Positions 15,639 through 21,719 of a stretch of 35,696 bases of DNA are shown piece by piece. Below the pieces are notes generated by a model, which saw nothing but the letters and a program-made list of their open reading frames with translations, did no database searches and was not told the origin of the DNA. The translations under genes were made by a program, and so were the position numbers. The stretch is from IMG/VR virus record IMGVR_UViG_3300034065_000148; one strand, given 5' to 3'. The stretch's first letter is position 1, and each line of letters begins with the position of its first letter. The DNA comes from a virus.

Positions 15639-16069
15639 AAGGGAAGGTTTTTATGGACGGTATAGTTTTACTTATAGCGGTCGTATTTTTAATACTAGCC
15701 GCTTATCTTTTTGTAAGTAGAAACGATGGGGCATCAAAAGAATTAAAAGAGACGACATCAGATTTGAAAGCATCTCTTAAAATTGTTCAGGATACTTTAG
15801 ACAAAGTAAACGAATCTAATTCAGAACTTGTTCAAGAATTAAAAGCAATCAAAACTGTATCTGATGGTTTATTCGCTGATCATGGAAAGCGAATATCCGA
15901 TATTGAAAACAAAAAGCCACTCACTCAGCTAAACGATATTAATTTGAGATTTAAAGAGCCTCTGAAGGTTTCTATTATTTACAGAGAAGCTATGAAAAAG
16001 TTACCCGAGATTCCAGCTCACATGAATGGTAAAATGCCTTTGATTAAACGAGCGGGGTTAATACCGTGA
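15635..16069 (+). CDS. Membrane-anchored coiled-coil protein
   Basis: 144-aa ORF with the N-terminal TM segment IVLLIAVVFLILAAYLFV followed by charged helical sequence. Confidence 0.6.
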   Translation: MKGKVFMDGIVLLIAVVFLILAAYLFVSRNDGASKELKETTSDLKASLKIVQDTLDKVNESNSELVQELKAIKTVSDGLFADHGKRISDIENKKPLTQLNDINLRFKEPLKVSIIYREAMKKLPEIPAHMNGKMPLIKRAGLIP

Positions 16070-16368
16070 TTAGACATTTAATTAAACCACTACGAGAACA
16101 AATTTTAGTTGAACTAGCAGACCCAGAAGAGAAAACTTTCGGTGGAATTATTATTCCCGAAACTGCTCAAGAGAAACCAAGAAAAGCTACTGTGATTGCA
16201 GTAGGAGAAGGTTGGCATAATGAGAAAAACACTAAAGTTATTCCTCTAGGAGTAAAGCCTGGGGATAAGATTTTAATCGGCACAAATATGAAGGGCACAG
16301 ACTTAACTTTAAGAGGGAAGAAATACGAAATGATTAGAGAGAATTATATTTTTGCGGTGCTAACATGA
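16066..16368 (+). CDS. groES: Co-chaperonin GroES (Cpn10) homolog
   Basis: IKPLREQILVE...EEKTFGGIIIPETAQEKPRKATVIAVGEG...LGVKPGDKILIG...YEMIRENYIFAVL is collinear with bacterial GroES, including the mobile loop. GTG start with GTGA overlap. Confidence 0.85.
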   Translation: MIRHLIKPLREQILVELADPEEKTFGGIIIPETAQEKPRKATVIAVGEGWHNEKNTKVIPLGVKPGDKILIGTNMKGTDLTLRGKKYEMIRENYIFAVLT

Positions 16369-17042
16369 GTGAATATCAATTCACAAATGCATGGTTTTCT
16401 CCACTAGTTCAAAGTGTGTGGAACATGATTGTTCCAATGGATGCACCGAAAAGATTCTTAGAGATTGGATCTTTTGAAGGTCGAAGTACGACATGGTTTA
16501 TAAACAAATTTGCAAGACAATGGGACATAGAAGTCCATTGCATTGATTCATGGGCAGGCTGTTCCGATAATGCATTAATGGAAGTTGATTTCAATGCATC
16601 GGAAAATAGATTTAAACACAATATGGAAATAGCTACAAAAAATAATCCATTTAAAACAGATCTTCATGTTCATAAAGGTACTTCAGAAAGTGAATTAATA
16701 AGGCTTTGCGCGAATGGATATCTTAATTATTTTGATGTCATTTACGTCGATGCAAATCACGAAGCTGCGGAGTGTTTGTCTGATGCCGTTCTCGCATGGA
16801 AGCTTTTAAAAATGCACGGGCTTATGATTTTTGATGATTACATTTTTGCAGTTCCCAATAGACCAAGGTGGGATGTTCCTAAAACTGCGATTGATGCTTT
16901 CTTAAATATTCACTGTAACGATGCGCATTTGATAAACGCTCCAAATCAGCAGGTATATGTGAAGAAAATTAAAGAGGGTGATTTGGTTTGGGCCCATAAG
17001 GCTCCAGTGTCTAAATCAGGTTCAAAACCTGAGGGAAAATGA
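16365..17042 (+). CDS. Class I SAM-dependent methyltransferase (O-methyltransferase/Methyltransf_24-like)
   Basis: FLEIGSFEGRST (motif I-like), IYVDANHE, and GLMIFDDY. Confidence 0.65.
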   Translation: MSEYQFTNAWFSPLVQSVWNMIVPMDAPKRFLEIGSFEGRSTTWFINKFARQWDIEVHCIDSWAGCSDNALMEVDFNASENRFKHNMEIATKNNPFKTDLHVHKGTSESELIRLCANGYLNYFDVIYVDANHEAAECLSDAVLAWKLLKMHGLMIFDDYIFAVPNRPRWDVPKTAIDAFLNIHCNDAHLINAPNQQVYVKKIKEGDLVWAHKAPVSKSGSKPEGK

Positions 17043-17206
17043 GAAACACATATCACCGCTGCGAACTAAAAGAGTTTTGGATTAAGAATGGTTTTCTGGA
17101 CCCAAAAGAAGGTGTGATTAGATTAACACCGCCGGATGAGCTTACAGAAGACTATTTCTGCCATGTAATTGTTGAGCCAGGTCCGGACCCAAAGGACGAG
17201 AAATGA
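17039..17206 (+). CDS. Hypothetical 55-aa protein (below the track cutoff)
   Basis: MRNTYHRCELKEFWIKNGFLDPKEGVIRLTPPDELTEDYFCHVIVEPGPDPKDEK. ATGA overlaps on both sides. Confidence 0.5.
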   Translation: MRNTYHRCELKEFWIKNGFLDPKEGVIRLTPPDELTEDYFCHVIVEPGPDPKDEK

Positions 17207-17532
17207 GCTTCTTTAAGCCTAGCGATTTTTATGACATGGAAATTGGCTCAGCATCCAAAAATCCTGGCCTAAATTTCTGTGATTTAGCGGCAATTAGGGC
17301 TAATGAAAAACTTATTGGAGCAGAAATGAACGGTAATGAAGAAAAACTCAGAGACAGATGTTCTGAATTAGAACAGGCCCTTTTTATGGTCCTTTGCTCA
17401 ACGTTAGTATCAACGGATGAACATGACTGGAGAAACTGCAAACAACCTAGTTGTGTAGTTGCTCGTAAAGCTTTAAAAATTGATACAGGTCCGGAACCAG
17501 TTGAAAAAGAAACTATAAAAGGAGAAAAATAA
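17203..17532 (+). CDS. Hypothetical protein
   Basis: 109-aa ORF, translationally coupled to its neighbours. Confidence 0.6.
   Translation: MSFFKPSDFYDMEIGSASKNPGLNFCDLAAIRANEKLIGAEMNGNEEKLRDRCSELEQALFMVLCSTLVSTDEHDWRNCKQPSCVVARKALKIDTGPEPVEKETIKGEK
17483..17501 (+). promoter_or_regulatory. Dyad motif copy ATACAGGTCCGGAACCAGT
   Basis: ACAGG-N7-CCAGT, ending 30 nt before the start codon at 17532. Confidence 0.5.
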
Positions 17533-17819
17533 TGGCAAAGAAGTACGTGATAGTAAGAACTTATTCGGCTGGAGTATTTGCCGGATATCTTAAAGCAAGA
17601 AAAGGGCAAGAAGTTACTTTAACTAATGCTAGGCGCCTTTGGTATTGGAAAGGTGCTGCTTCATTGAGTCAACTCGCGGTCGATGGAGTTTCTTCCCCTC
17701 AAGAATGTAAATTTCCCGCTGAAGTTTCTAATGTTGAATTATTACAAGCGATAGAGATTTTAGACGTTACTAAAAAGGCTCAAAAATCTATTGCATCGGT
17801 GGCGGTATGGAAGAGTTAA
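17532..17819 (+). CDS. Conserved-looking small phage protein of unknown function
   Basis: 95-aa ORF, VIVRTYSAGVFAGYL...NARRLWYWKGAASLSQLA. GGAG RBS. Confidence 0.65.
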   Translation: MAKKYVIVRTYSAGVFAGYLKARKGQEVTLTNARRLWYWKGAASLSQLAVDGVSSPQECKFPAEVSNVELLQAIEILDVTKKAQKSIASVAVWKS

Positions 17820-18073
17820 AAAATGACGGCTCCGGCTCCGGCTACGGCTACGGCGACGGCTACGGCTCCGGCTACGGCTCCGGCTCCGGCTACGGCTCCG
17901 GCTCCGGCTACGGCTACGGCTCCGGCTCCGGCTACGGCTCCGGCTACGGCGACGGCTACGGCTCCGGCTACGGCTACGGCTCCGGCTCCGGCTACGGCTA
18001 CGGCGACGGCTCCGGCTACGGCTCCGGCTACGGCTACGGCTCCGGCTCCGGCTACGGCTACGGCGACGGCTGA
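17807..18073 (+). CDS. Gly-Tyr-Ser-Asp dipeptide-repeat protein, MEELKND + (G-[YSD])40-G
   Basis: ATG preceded by GGTGG, overlapping the upstream gene by 13 nt. The stop falls exactly at the end of the repeat array. The choice of frame is uncertain. Confidence 0.5.
   Translation: MEELKNDGSGSGYGYGDGYGSGYGSGSGYGSGSGYGYGSGSGYGSGYGDGYGSGYGYGSGSGYGYGDGSGYGSGYGYGSGSGYGYGDG
17828..18070. repeat. 243-bp perfect hexanucleotide array built only from GGCTCC, GGCTAC and GGCGAC
   Basis: 40 hexamers plus a final GGC. About 70% or more GC inside an AT-rich genome. Long ORFs are present in two plus frames and one minus frame. Confidence 0.95.
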
Positions 18074-18077
18074 TTTA

Positions 18078-18096
18078 TGAAAGGTTTCCAACCTGT
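18078..18096 (+). promoter_or_regulatory. Dyad motif copy TGAAAGGTTTCCAACCTGT (weaker left half)
   Basis: AAAGG-N7-CCTGT followed by TGAAAAG, as in the other copies. Ends 22 nt before the methylase start. Confidence 0.4.
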
Positions 18097-18118
18097 TGAA
18101 AAGTAGTATGAAAGGCGA

Positions 18119-18847
18119 TTGCTCTATTTAGGGGATTGTTTGGAGGTTATGAAAAGCTTAGACGATAAGAGCATTGATATGGTTCTAACGGACCCTCCTT
18201 ACGGTACTACGGCTTGTAAGTGGGATACTGTTATCCCTTTTGAACCTATGTGGCGTGAGCTTAAAAGAATAACCAAAGGTCCTGTTCTTTTATTCGGAAG
18301 TGAACCGTTTTCTAGCTCGCTAAGAATAAGTTGTAGGGATTGGTATAGATATGACTGGGTTTGGAAAAAACAAAGAGCTGGTGGGTTTCCAATGGCCAAC
18401 AAGAGACCGCTTAAAAACATTGAACTAATCTCTGTTTTTTCTTTTAAGCAGTCTGCCTATTATCCTCAAGGCCTTGTCGATTGCCTTATAGATCAACGAA
18501 GAAAATCAAAATTATGCGCTTTCGTTAAATCGATAAAAAACCATGGTGGGATTCAAACTAAAACCAATTTTCCTAAAATGTTAATTGAAGGGTTTAAACA
18601 GGATTTTAAAACGGTTCATCCTACCCAAAAACCAGTCCCACTCCTCGAATACCTAATCAAGACCTATACCCTCGAAGGCGAAACTGTCCTAGATTTCACG
18701 ATGGGCAGCGGCTCGACTGGGGTTGCTTGTAAAAATTTAAACCGTAAATTTATAGGCATTGAAAAAGATCAAACCTATTTCGATATAGCGAAGGCTCGCA
18801 TTGCAGGTTCGAGACCTAGCGTTCAATTGGATATGATGAGTGTTTAA
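18119..18847 (+). CDS. DNA methyltransferase (beta-class N6-adenine/N4-cytosine, orphan)
   Basis: DMVLTDPPYG (motif IV) lies N-terminal to FTMGSGSTGVACKNLNRKFIGIEKD (motif I). TTG start. Confidence 0.85.
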   Translation: MLYLGDCLEVMKSLDDKSIDMVLTDPPYGTTACKWDTVIPFEPMWRELKRITKGPVLLFGSEPFSSSLRISCRDWYRYDWVWKKQRAGGFPMANKRPLKNIELISVFSFKQSAYYPQGLVDCLIDQRRKSKLCAFVKSIKNHGGIQTKTNFPKMLIEGFKQDFKTVHPTQKPVPLLEYLIKTYTLEGETVLDFTMGSGSTGVACKNLNRKFIGIEKDQTYFDIAKARIAGSRPSVQLDMMSV

Positions 18848-18865
18848 CACTGGTTATCCACCTGT
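18847..18865 (+). promoter_or_regulatory. Dyad motif copy ACACTGGTTATCCACCTGT
   Basis: Its first base is the last base of the methylase TAA. Ends 18 nt before the sigma gene start. Confidence 0.6.
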
Positions 18866-18883
18866 TGCGAAAAAGGACTGACC

Positions 18884-19507
18884 TTGGATGACAAAACAGC
18901 CGCGCACCTCCTTAAAAGACTTAAAGCAAGTGCTTCCATACTTGGGTTTGGATCTGAAGCAGAGGAAATTAGTCAGGCAGTTCTCACGCGAATGCTCGAA
19001 GGCAGGCATAAACATGCAACCTGTGAACAAGCTGTTATCGATTATTTACGGTCTAATTATGGTCGAAAGGGGGAACCTAGCTATGATCTTAGGCAGGCAT
19101 TCACTCTTAAACGACTCAGCTTCGAAGAATACTTTATTGAACATCCAGGACAGTTTGGAACTGAATCACCAAATAGATCGTATGCTTTTGATATACTCGG
19201 ATATTTTAGGGGTGTCGAAAGGGCGATGTTCCTCTTGAATCATTACTGGGGATTTAATGAAGTTGAGATCGGCAATCTCTTTGGAGTTAGTGAATCAAGG
19301 GTATCTCAGAGGCTCCAAAGCCTTCAGGGCCGCTTATCAGCGCGAATTAAGGCGGAAGCCTGGAATGAAAGAAAAAGAGAGGGCAAAATGGAAGGCATAT
19401 TATTACCGGAAGCAGAAAGCGAATCCGGATTGGAACAAGGAACGTTTGAAAGAATGGAGATTGGCCAATCCTGGCAAATGGAAAAACTTAATGAGGAGAG
19501 CTTCTGA
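18884..19507 (+). CDS. Sigma-70 family (ECF-like) sigma factor
   Basis: Region-2-like AEEISQAVLTRMLEG...VIDYLRS and region-4 HTH RAMFLLNHYWGFNEVEIGNLFGVSESRVSQRLQSLQGRL. TTG start. The last ~45 codons overlap the next gene. Confidence 0.6.
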   Translation: MDDKTAAHLLKRLKASASILGFGSEAEEISQAVLTRMLEGRHKHATCEQAVIDYLRSNYGRKGEPSYDLRQAFTLKRLSFEEYFIEHPGQFGTESPNRSYAFDILGYFRGVERAMFLLNHYWGFNEVEIGNLFGVSESRVSQRLQSLQGRLSARIKAEAWNERKREGKMEGILLPEAESESGLEQGTFERMEIGQSWQMEKLNEESF

Positions 19508-19712
19508 AAATGGACTCCACCGCCGCTTCTACGCAAACCACAGAGAAGAACTTAAACGGAAAAAATCAGCCATCGGAGCCAAAGCCCGTCGCAAAGACCC
19601 ATGCTTTGGTCTCAGGAGAGAAATCTCTGAGTTCCGAAAAACCCTCGACTTCGGAAAGTTTATCGAAGAACTTGGCCACAGAGTTGATGGGATTGATAAG
19701 AAAAGTAAATGA
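19365..19712 (+). CDS. Basic K/R/W-rich protein (start uncertain; the track ORF begins at 19257)
   Basis: MKEKERAKWKAYYYRKQKANPDWNKERLKEWRLANPGKWKNLMRR... reads as genuine protein. It overlaps the sigma ORF tail in another frame. Confidence 0.45.
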   Translation: MKEKERAKWKAYYYRKQKANPDWNKERLKEWRLANPGKWKNLMRRASENGLHRRFYANHREELKRKKSAIGAKARRKDPCFGLRREISEFRKTLDFGKFIEELGHRVDGIDKKSK

Positions 19713-19815
19713 GCATGGGGTGACGGCTGAGACAGTGAATGCGAGCTGTAATGCTGCCGCCCAGATCCATAAGATTTTAAGACTTAATTTTGATATGAAA
19801 AAAGATGGGTTTTAA
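19510..19815 (+). CDS. Hypothetical protein (start uncertain: 19510 or the internal ATG at 19687)
   Basis: Third frame of the overlapping trio. The stop TAA is fused to a dyad motif copy. Confidence 0.4.
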   Translation: MDSTAASTQTTEKNLNGKNQPSEPKPVAKTHALVSGEKSLSSEKPSTSESLSKNLATELMGLIRKVNEHGVTAETVNASCNAAAQIHKILRLNFDMKKDGF

Positions 19816-19833
19816 CACTGGTTCTCAGCCTGT
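19815..19833 (+). promoter_or_regulatory. Dyad motif copy ACACTGGTTCTCAGCCTGT
   Basis: Its first base is the last base of a TAA stop. Ends 12 nt before the ATG at 19846. Confidence 0.6.
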
Positions 19834-19845
19834 GAAAGAGAAAGA

Positions 19846-19956
19846 ATGAACTGCGTGTTATGTGGAACTCCTATTGCTACGGACCCGCAAATTACCAATA
19901 TTTGCGACTGGTGTATTGATGAACAGTGTCAGCCTGCCGCGAAGGAGAAGGAATGA
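19846..19956 (+). CDS. 36-aa zinc-ribbon micro-protein (below the track cutoff)
   Basis: MNCVLCGTPIATDPQITNICDWCIDEQCQPAAKEKE. Two CxxC pairs. ATGA overlap with the next gene. Confidence 0.5.
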   Translation: MNCVLCGTPIATDPQITNICDWCIDEQCQPAAKEKE

Positions 19957-20168
19957 GTAAAGAAGATCTGGTTTCAATTCTAATCATAACGATGAATTGT
20001 TTTTGGCTCGGAACTTGGCTAGACCAAAAGTTCTTACTTAGGAAAAGGTTTCTTAACAAAAGCTATGAAGAAGCCACTAAAAAAGGAAGGTGTCCGATTT
20101 GTGAAAGGCCCATTAAAGTCATCAGTGACACTGGTTCGGAGCCTATCGAGGAGGGTAAATGTTCTTAA
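19953..20168 (+). CDS. Small membrane protein with a CPIC Zn-knuckle
   Basis: The ATG at 19953 follows a GGAGAAGG RBS (the track start at 19926 is less likely). TM segment LVSILIITMNCFWLGTWL. Confidence 0.55.
   Translation: MSKEDLVSILIITMNCFWLGTWLDQKFLLRKRFLNKSYEEATKKGRCPICERPIKVISDTGSEPIEEGKCS
20128..20146 (+). promoter_or_regulatory. Dyad motif copy ACACTGGTTCGGAGCCTAT
   Basis: Lies inside the 3' end of the preceding gene. Ends 12 nt before the ATG at 20159. Confidence 0.5.
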
Positions 20169-20242
20169 TAGGATTCGGTGCCGGAATAATCTCGACTTTG
20201 ATTGTAATCGGTTTGGTCATCAAAGCCGCTGACTTCTTTTAA
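20159..20242 (+). CDS. Possible 27-aa single-TM peptide (below the track cutoff)
   Basis: MFLIGFGAGIISTLIVIGLVIKAADFF. GGAGGG RBS. Confidence 0.45.
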   Translation: MFLIGFGAGIISTLIVIGLVIKAADFF

Positions 20243-20259
20243 CCAGGATTGAAACCAGT
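20241..20259 (+). promoter_or_regulatory. Dyad motif copy AACCAGGATTGAAACCAGT
   Basis: Overlaps the TAA at 20240-20242 and abuts the ATG at 20260. Confidence 0.45.
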
Positions 20260-20484
20260 ATGACTAAACTAGAAGAAATTGAGGCCTATGCACATAGACG
20301 AGGCGGTTGCCCAGAATGTGATCGACGCATTGAAGATGATCAAGTGGACTGGCTCATCAATCGGGTCAAGGTCCTCACTGAGGCTTTGGAGAAAGCCGAT
20401 AGGCATATTTATTATCTTGGGGACAAGAACTATAAGACATTCGAGTTTGACGATACTGGTGAGAGACCTGGGGAGAAAGAATGA
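20260..20484 (+). CDS. Hypothetical protein with a CPEC motif
   Basis: 74-aa ORF. ATGA overlap with the next gene. Confidence 0.6.
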   Translation: MTKLEEIEAYAHRRGGCPECDRRIEDDQVDWLINRVKVLTEALEKADRHIYYLGDKNYKTFEFDDTGERPGEKE

Positions 20485-20666
20485 CTGCGGACGAATTCGT
20501 TGCCTGGTTAAAAGGATATTTTGAACTTGGTCAATCGCCTTGGGTCGATGATAGAAATAGACCGCTGGCAAAAAGTGCCAGACAAATGTTTTGGGGAGAA
20601 GACAAAATTAAACTCATTCAAGAAAAACTCTTCTCCGTTAAAAAGCCTAACGAGCCTGGTTTATAG
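20481..20666 (+). CDS. Hypothetical protein
   Basis: 61-aa ORF, translationally coupled. Confidence 0.55.
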   Translation: MTADEFVAWLKGYFELGQSPWVDDRNRPLAKSARQMFWGEDKIKLIQEKLFSVKKPNEPGL

Positions 20667-20671
20667 CCTGT
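20653..20671 (+). promoter_or_regulatory. Dyad motif copy AGCCTGGTTTATAGCCTGT
   Basis: Spans the TAG stop at 20664-20666. The GTG at 20670 lies inside its right half. Confidence 0.45.
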
Positions 20672-20690
20672 GGAGAGAATAAGCGACTTT

Positions 20691-20849
20691 GTGAAGGGCA
20701 ACGGAAACTTAATTACAGTAGGCCAATACGAAATCAGAGAATTATCAGATGGCTCTTATTGGATTGAGCATGAGAGTGGCGAAGGAACACAAGTCGCAAG
20801 AGATGCATTTGAAGCCCTGATAACTCAGTTTTATGCTGATGTTTTTTAA
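20691..20849 (+). CDS. Hypothetical 52-aa protein (alternative GTG start at 20670; below the track cutoff)
   Basis: VKGNGNLITVGQYEIRELSDGSYWIEHESGEGTQVARDAFEALITQFYADVF. The stop TAA is fused to a dyad motif copy. Confidence 0.45.
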   Translation: MKGNGNLITVGQYEIRELSDGSYWIEHESGEGTQVARDAFEALITQFYADVF

Positions 20850-20867
20850 CACAGGCTTAGCGCCTGT
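20849..20867 (+). promoter_or_regulatory. Dyad motif copy ACACAGGCTTAGCGCCTGT
   Basis: Its first base is the last base of a TAA stop. Perfect ACAGG/CCTGT dyad. Confidence 0.6.
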
Positions 20868-20974
20868 TGAGTAGGCCCGCCTAGGAATAGTTTGTGAGTT
20901 TAACGTCTACTCCTAGACGGGTGGAGAATTCACCGCCATGGTGATTCAATAAATTTTATCATATTTAGGTGAAA

Positions 20975-21079
20975 ATGGAATATCCAGAAGAGCATCCAGA
21001 ATTAGCGTGTTTAATAGCCATCCCATTTCTACCATTTATGTGGATTTATTATGGTATCCGATATCTCATAAAAAGATGA
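20975..21079 (+). CDS. Possible 34-aa membrane peptide (below the track cutoff)
   Basis: MEYPEEHPELACLIAIPFLPFMWIYYGIRYLIKR. TAGGTGA RBS. ATGA overlap with the next gene. Confidence 0.4.
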   Translation: MEYPEEHPELACLIAIPFLPFMWIYYGIRYLIKR

Positions 21080-21333
21080 GCACAGAACAATCCGCTGATA
21101 TTTTAGCGGGTAATATCAGAGAATGCATTGGCCGTCATATGGAGAATTTTGACGCATACCAGTATAAGGAAATGATAGCCTCCGTGGTGATAGCACTTTA
21201 CGTGGAAGTTGCTAGGATTAAATCACTATCGGTTCAAACAGGAGAGGTTGACTCAAGTGATTTTGATAGGGTATTTATGAATGGTGTTAGGAATCACTTT
21301 GAAGACAAATACAGACTCGAATCAATCAACTGA
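21076..21333 (+). CDS. Hypothetical protein, last gene of the plus-strand operon
   Basis: The ATG at 21076 (MSTEQSADIL...) is preferred over the track GTG at 21007 because of its ATGA coupling. Confidence 0.55.
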   Translation: MSTEQSADILAGNIRECIGRHMENFDAYQYKEMIASVVIALYVEVARIKSLSVQTGEVDSSDFDRVFMNGVRNHFEDKYRLESIN

Positions 21334-21371
21334 TAAGCCAAAGACGATACTTCGCAAAGGTGGCGCTAAGC

Positions 21372-21719
21372 CTAATGGGAAGCCTCTCCAATAACAAATC
21401 CGCTGAGCAATGCCACGGCCCCCACAAGCACAACCATTGACCAATCCGTATTGGAAGACACAGCACTAAGTTGGCGATGACAATCTACATTTTCACGAAA
21501 TGAAACGGCAATAGATTCTGCTCCTTTTCTATCGGTACAGAAGAAATTGTCTGTCGATCCTACTGAAGCAACAGGAACGTCCTTAACAACCTCTGGAACA
21601 GGCTTAAGGTTATCCGGTATTGCTACTGGGACGGTTTCATTTTGATTTAATGTCTGCGAGTAACTCCGACTTGAGATCAGAATCAGGCTCAGACTTAACA
21701 GCATCAGCGATTTTAGCAT
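21372..21719 (-). CDS. Protein with an N-terminal signal peptide and a C-terminal TM segment (possible spanin-like lysis component)
   Basis: MLKSLMLLSLSLILISSRSYS|Q ... WSMVVLVGAVALLSGFVIG. Its 5' end overlaps the preceding gene by 83 nt, resembling an Rz/Rz1 overlapped arrangement. There is no lipobox Cys. Confidence 0.5.
   Translation of the reverse strand: MLKSLMLLSLSLILISSRSYSQTLNQNETVPVAIPDNLKPVPEVVKDVPVASVGSTDNFFCTDRKGAESIAVSFRENVDCHRQLSAVSSNTDWSMVVLVGAVALLSGFVIGEASH

Noticed and set aside
17828-18070. Possible CRISPR array or other spacer-repeat structure
   Set aside because: The units are contiguous 6-bp repeats with no unique spacers and no cas genes or leader, so this is a coding microsatellite, not a CRISPR array.
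17816-18091. Alternative long ORFs through the hexamer array (minus-strand A/V/G repeat 17816-18091; plus-strand T/A/P repeat 17823-18080)
   Set aside because: Any GGC-NNC array is automatically stop-free in several frames. The G-Y/S/D frame has an RBS-like GGTGG, overlaps the upstream gene as other junctions do, and stops exactly at the array end. The other frames cannot be excluded without expression data.
18888-19238. 116-aa ORF overlapping the 5' half of the sigma gene in another frame
   Set aside because: It is fully embedded in the region where the sigma frame shows recognisable region-2-like sequence, and its translation has no motifs. It is probably a shadow ORF.
10900-20867. Dyad motifs acting as rho-independent terminators
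   Set aside because: The stems are only 4-6 bp and no copy is followed by a U run on either strand. The placement right before start codons argues for another role.
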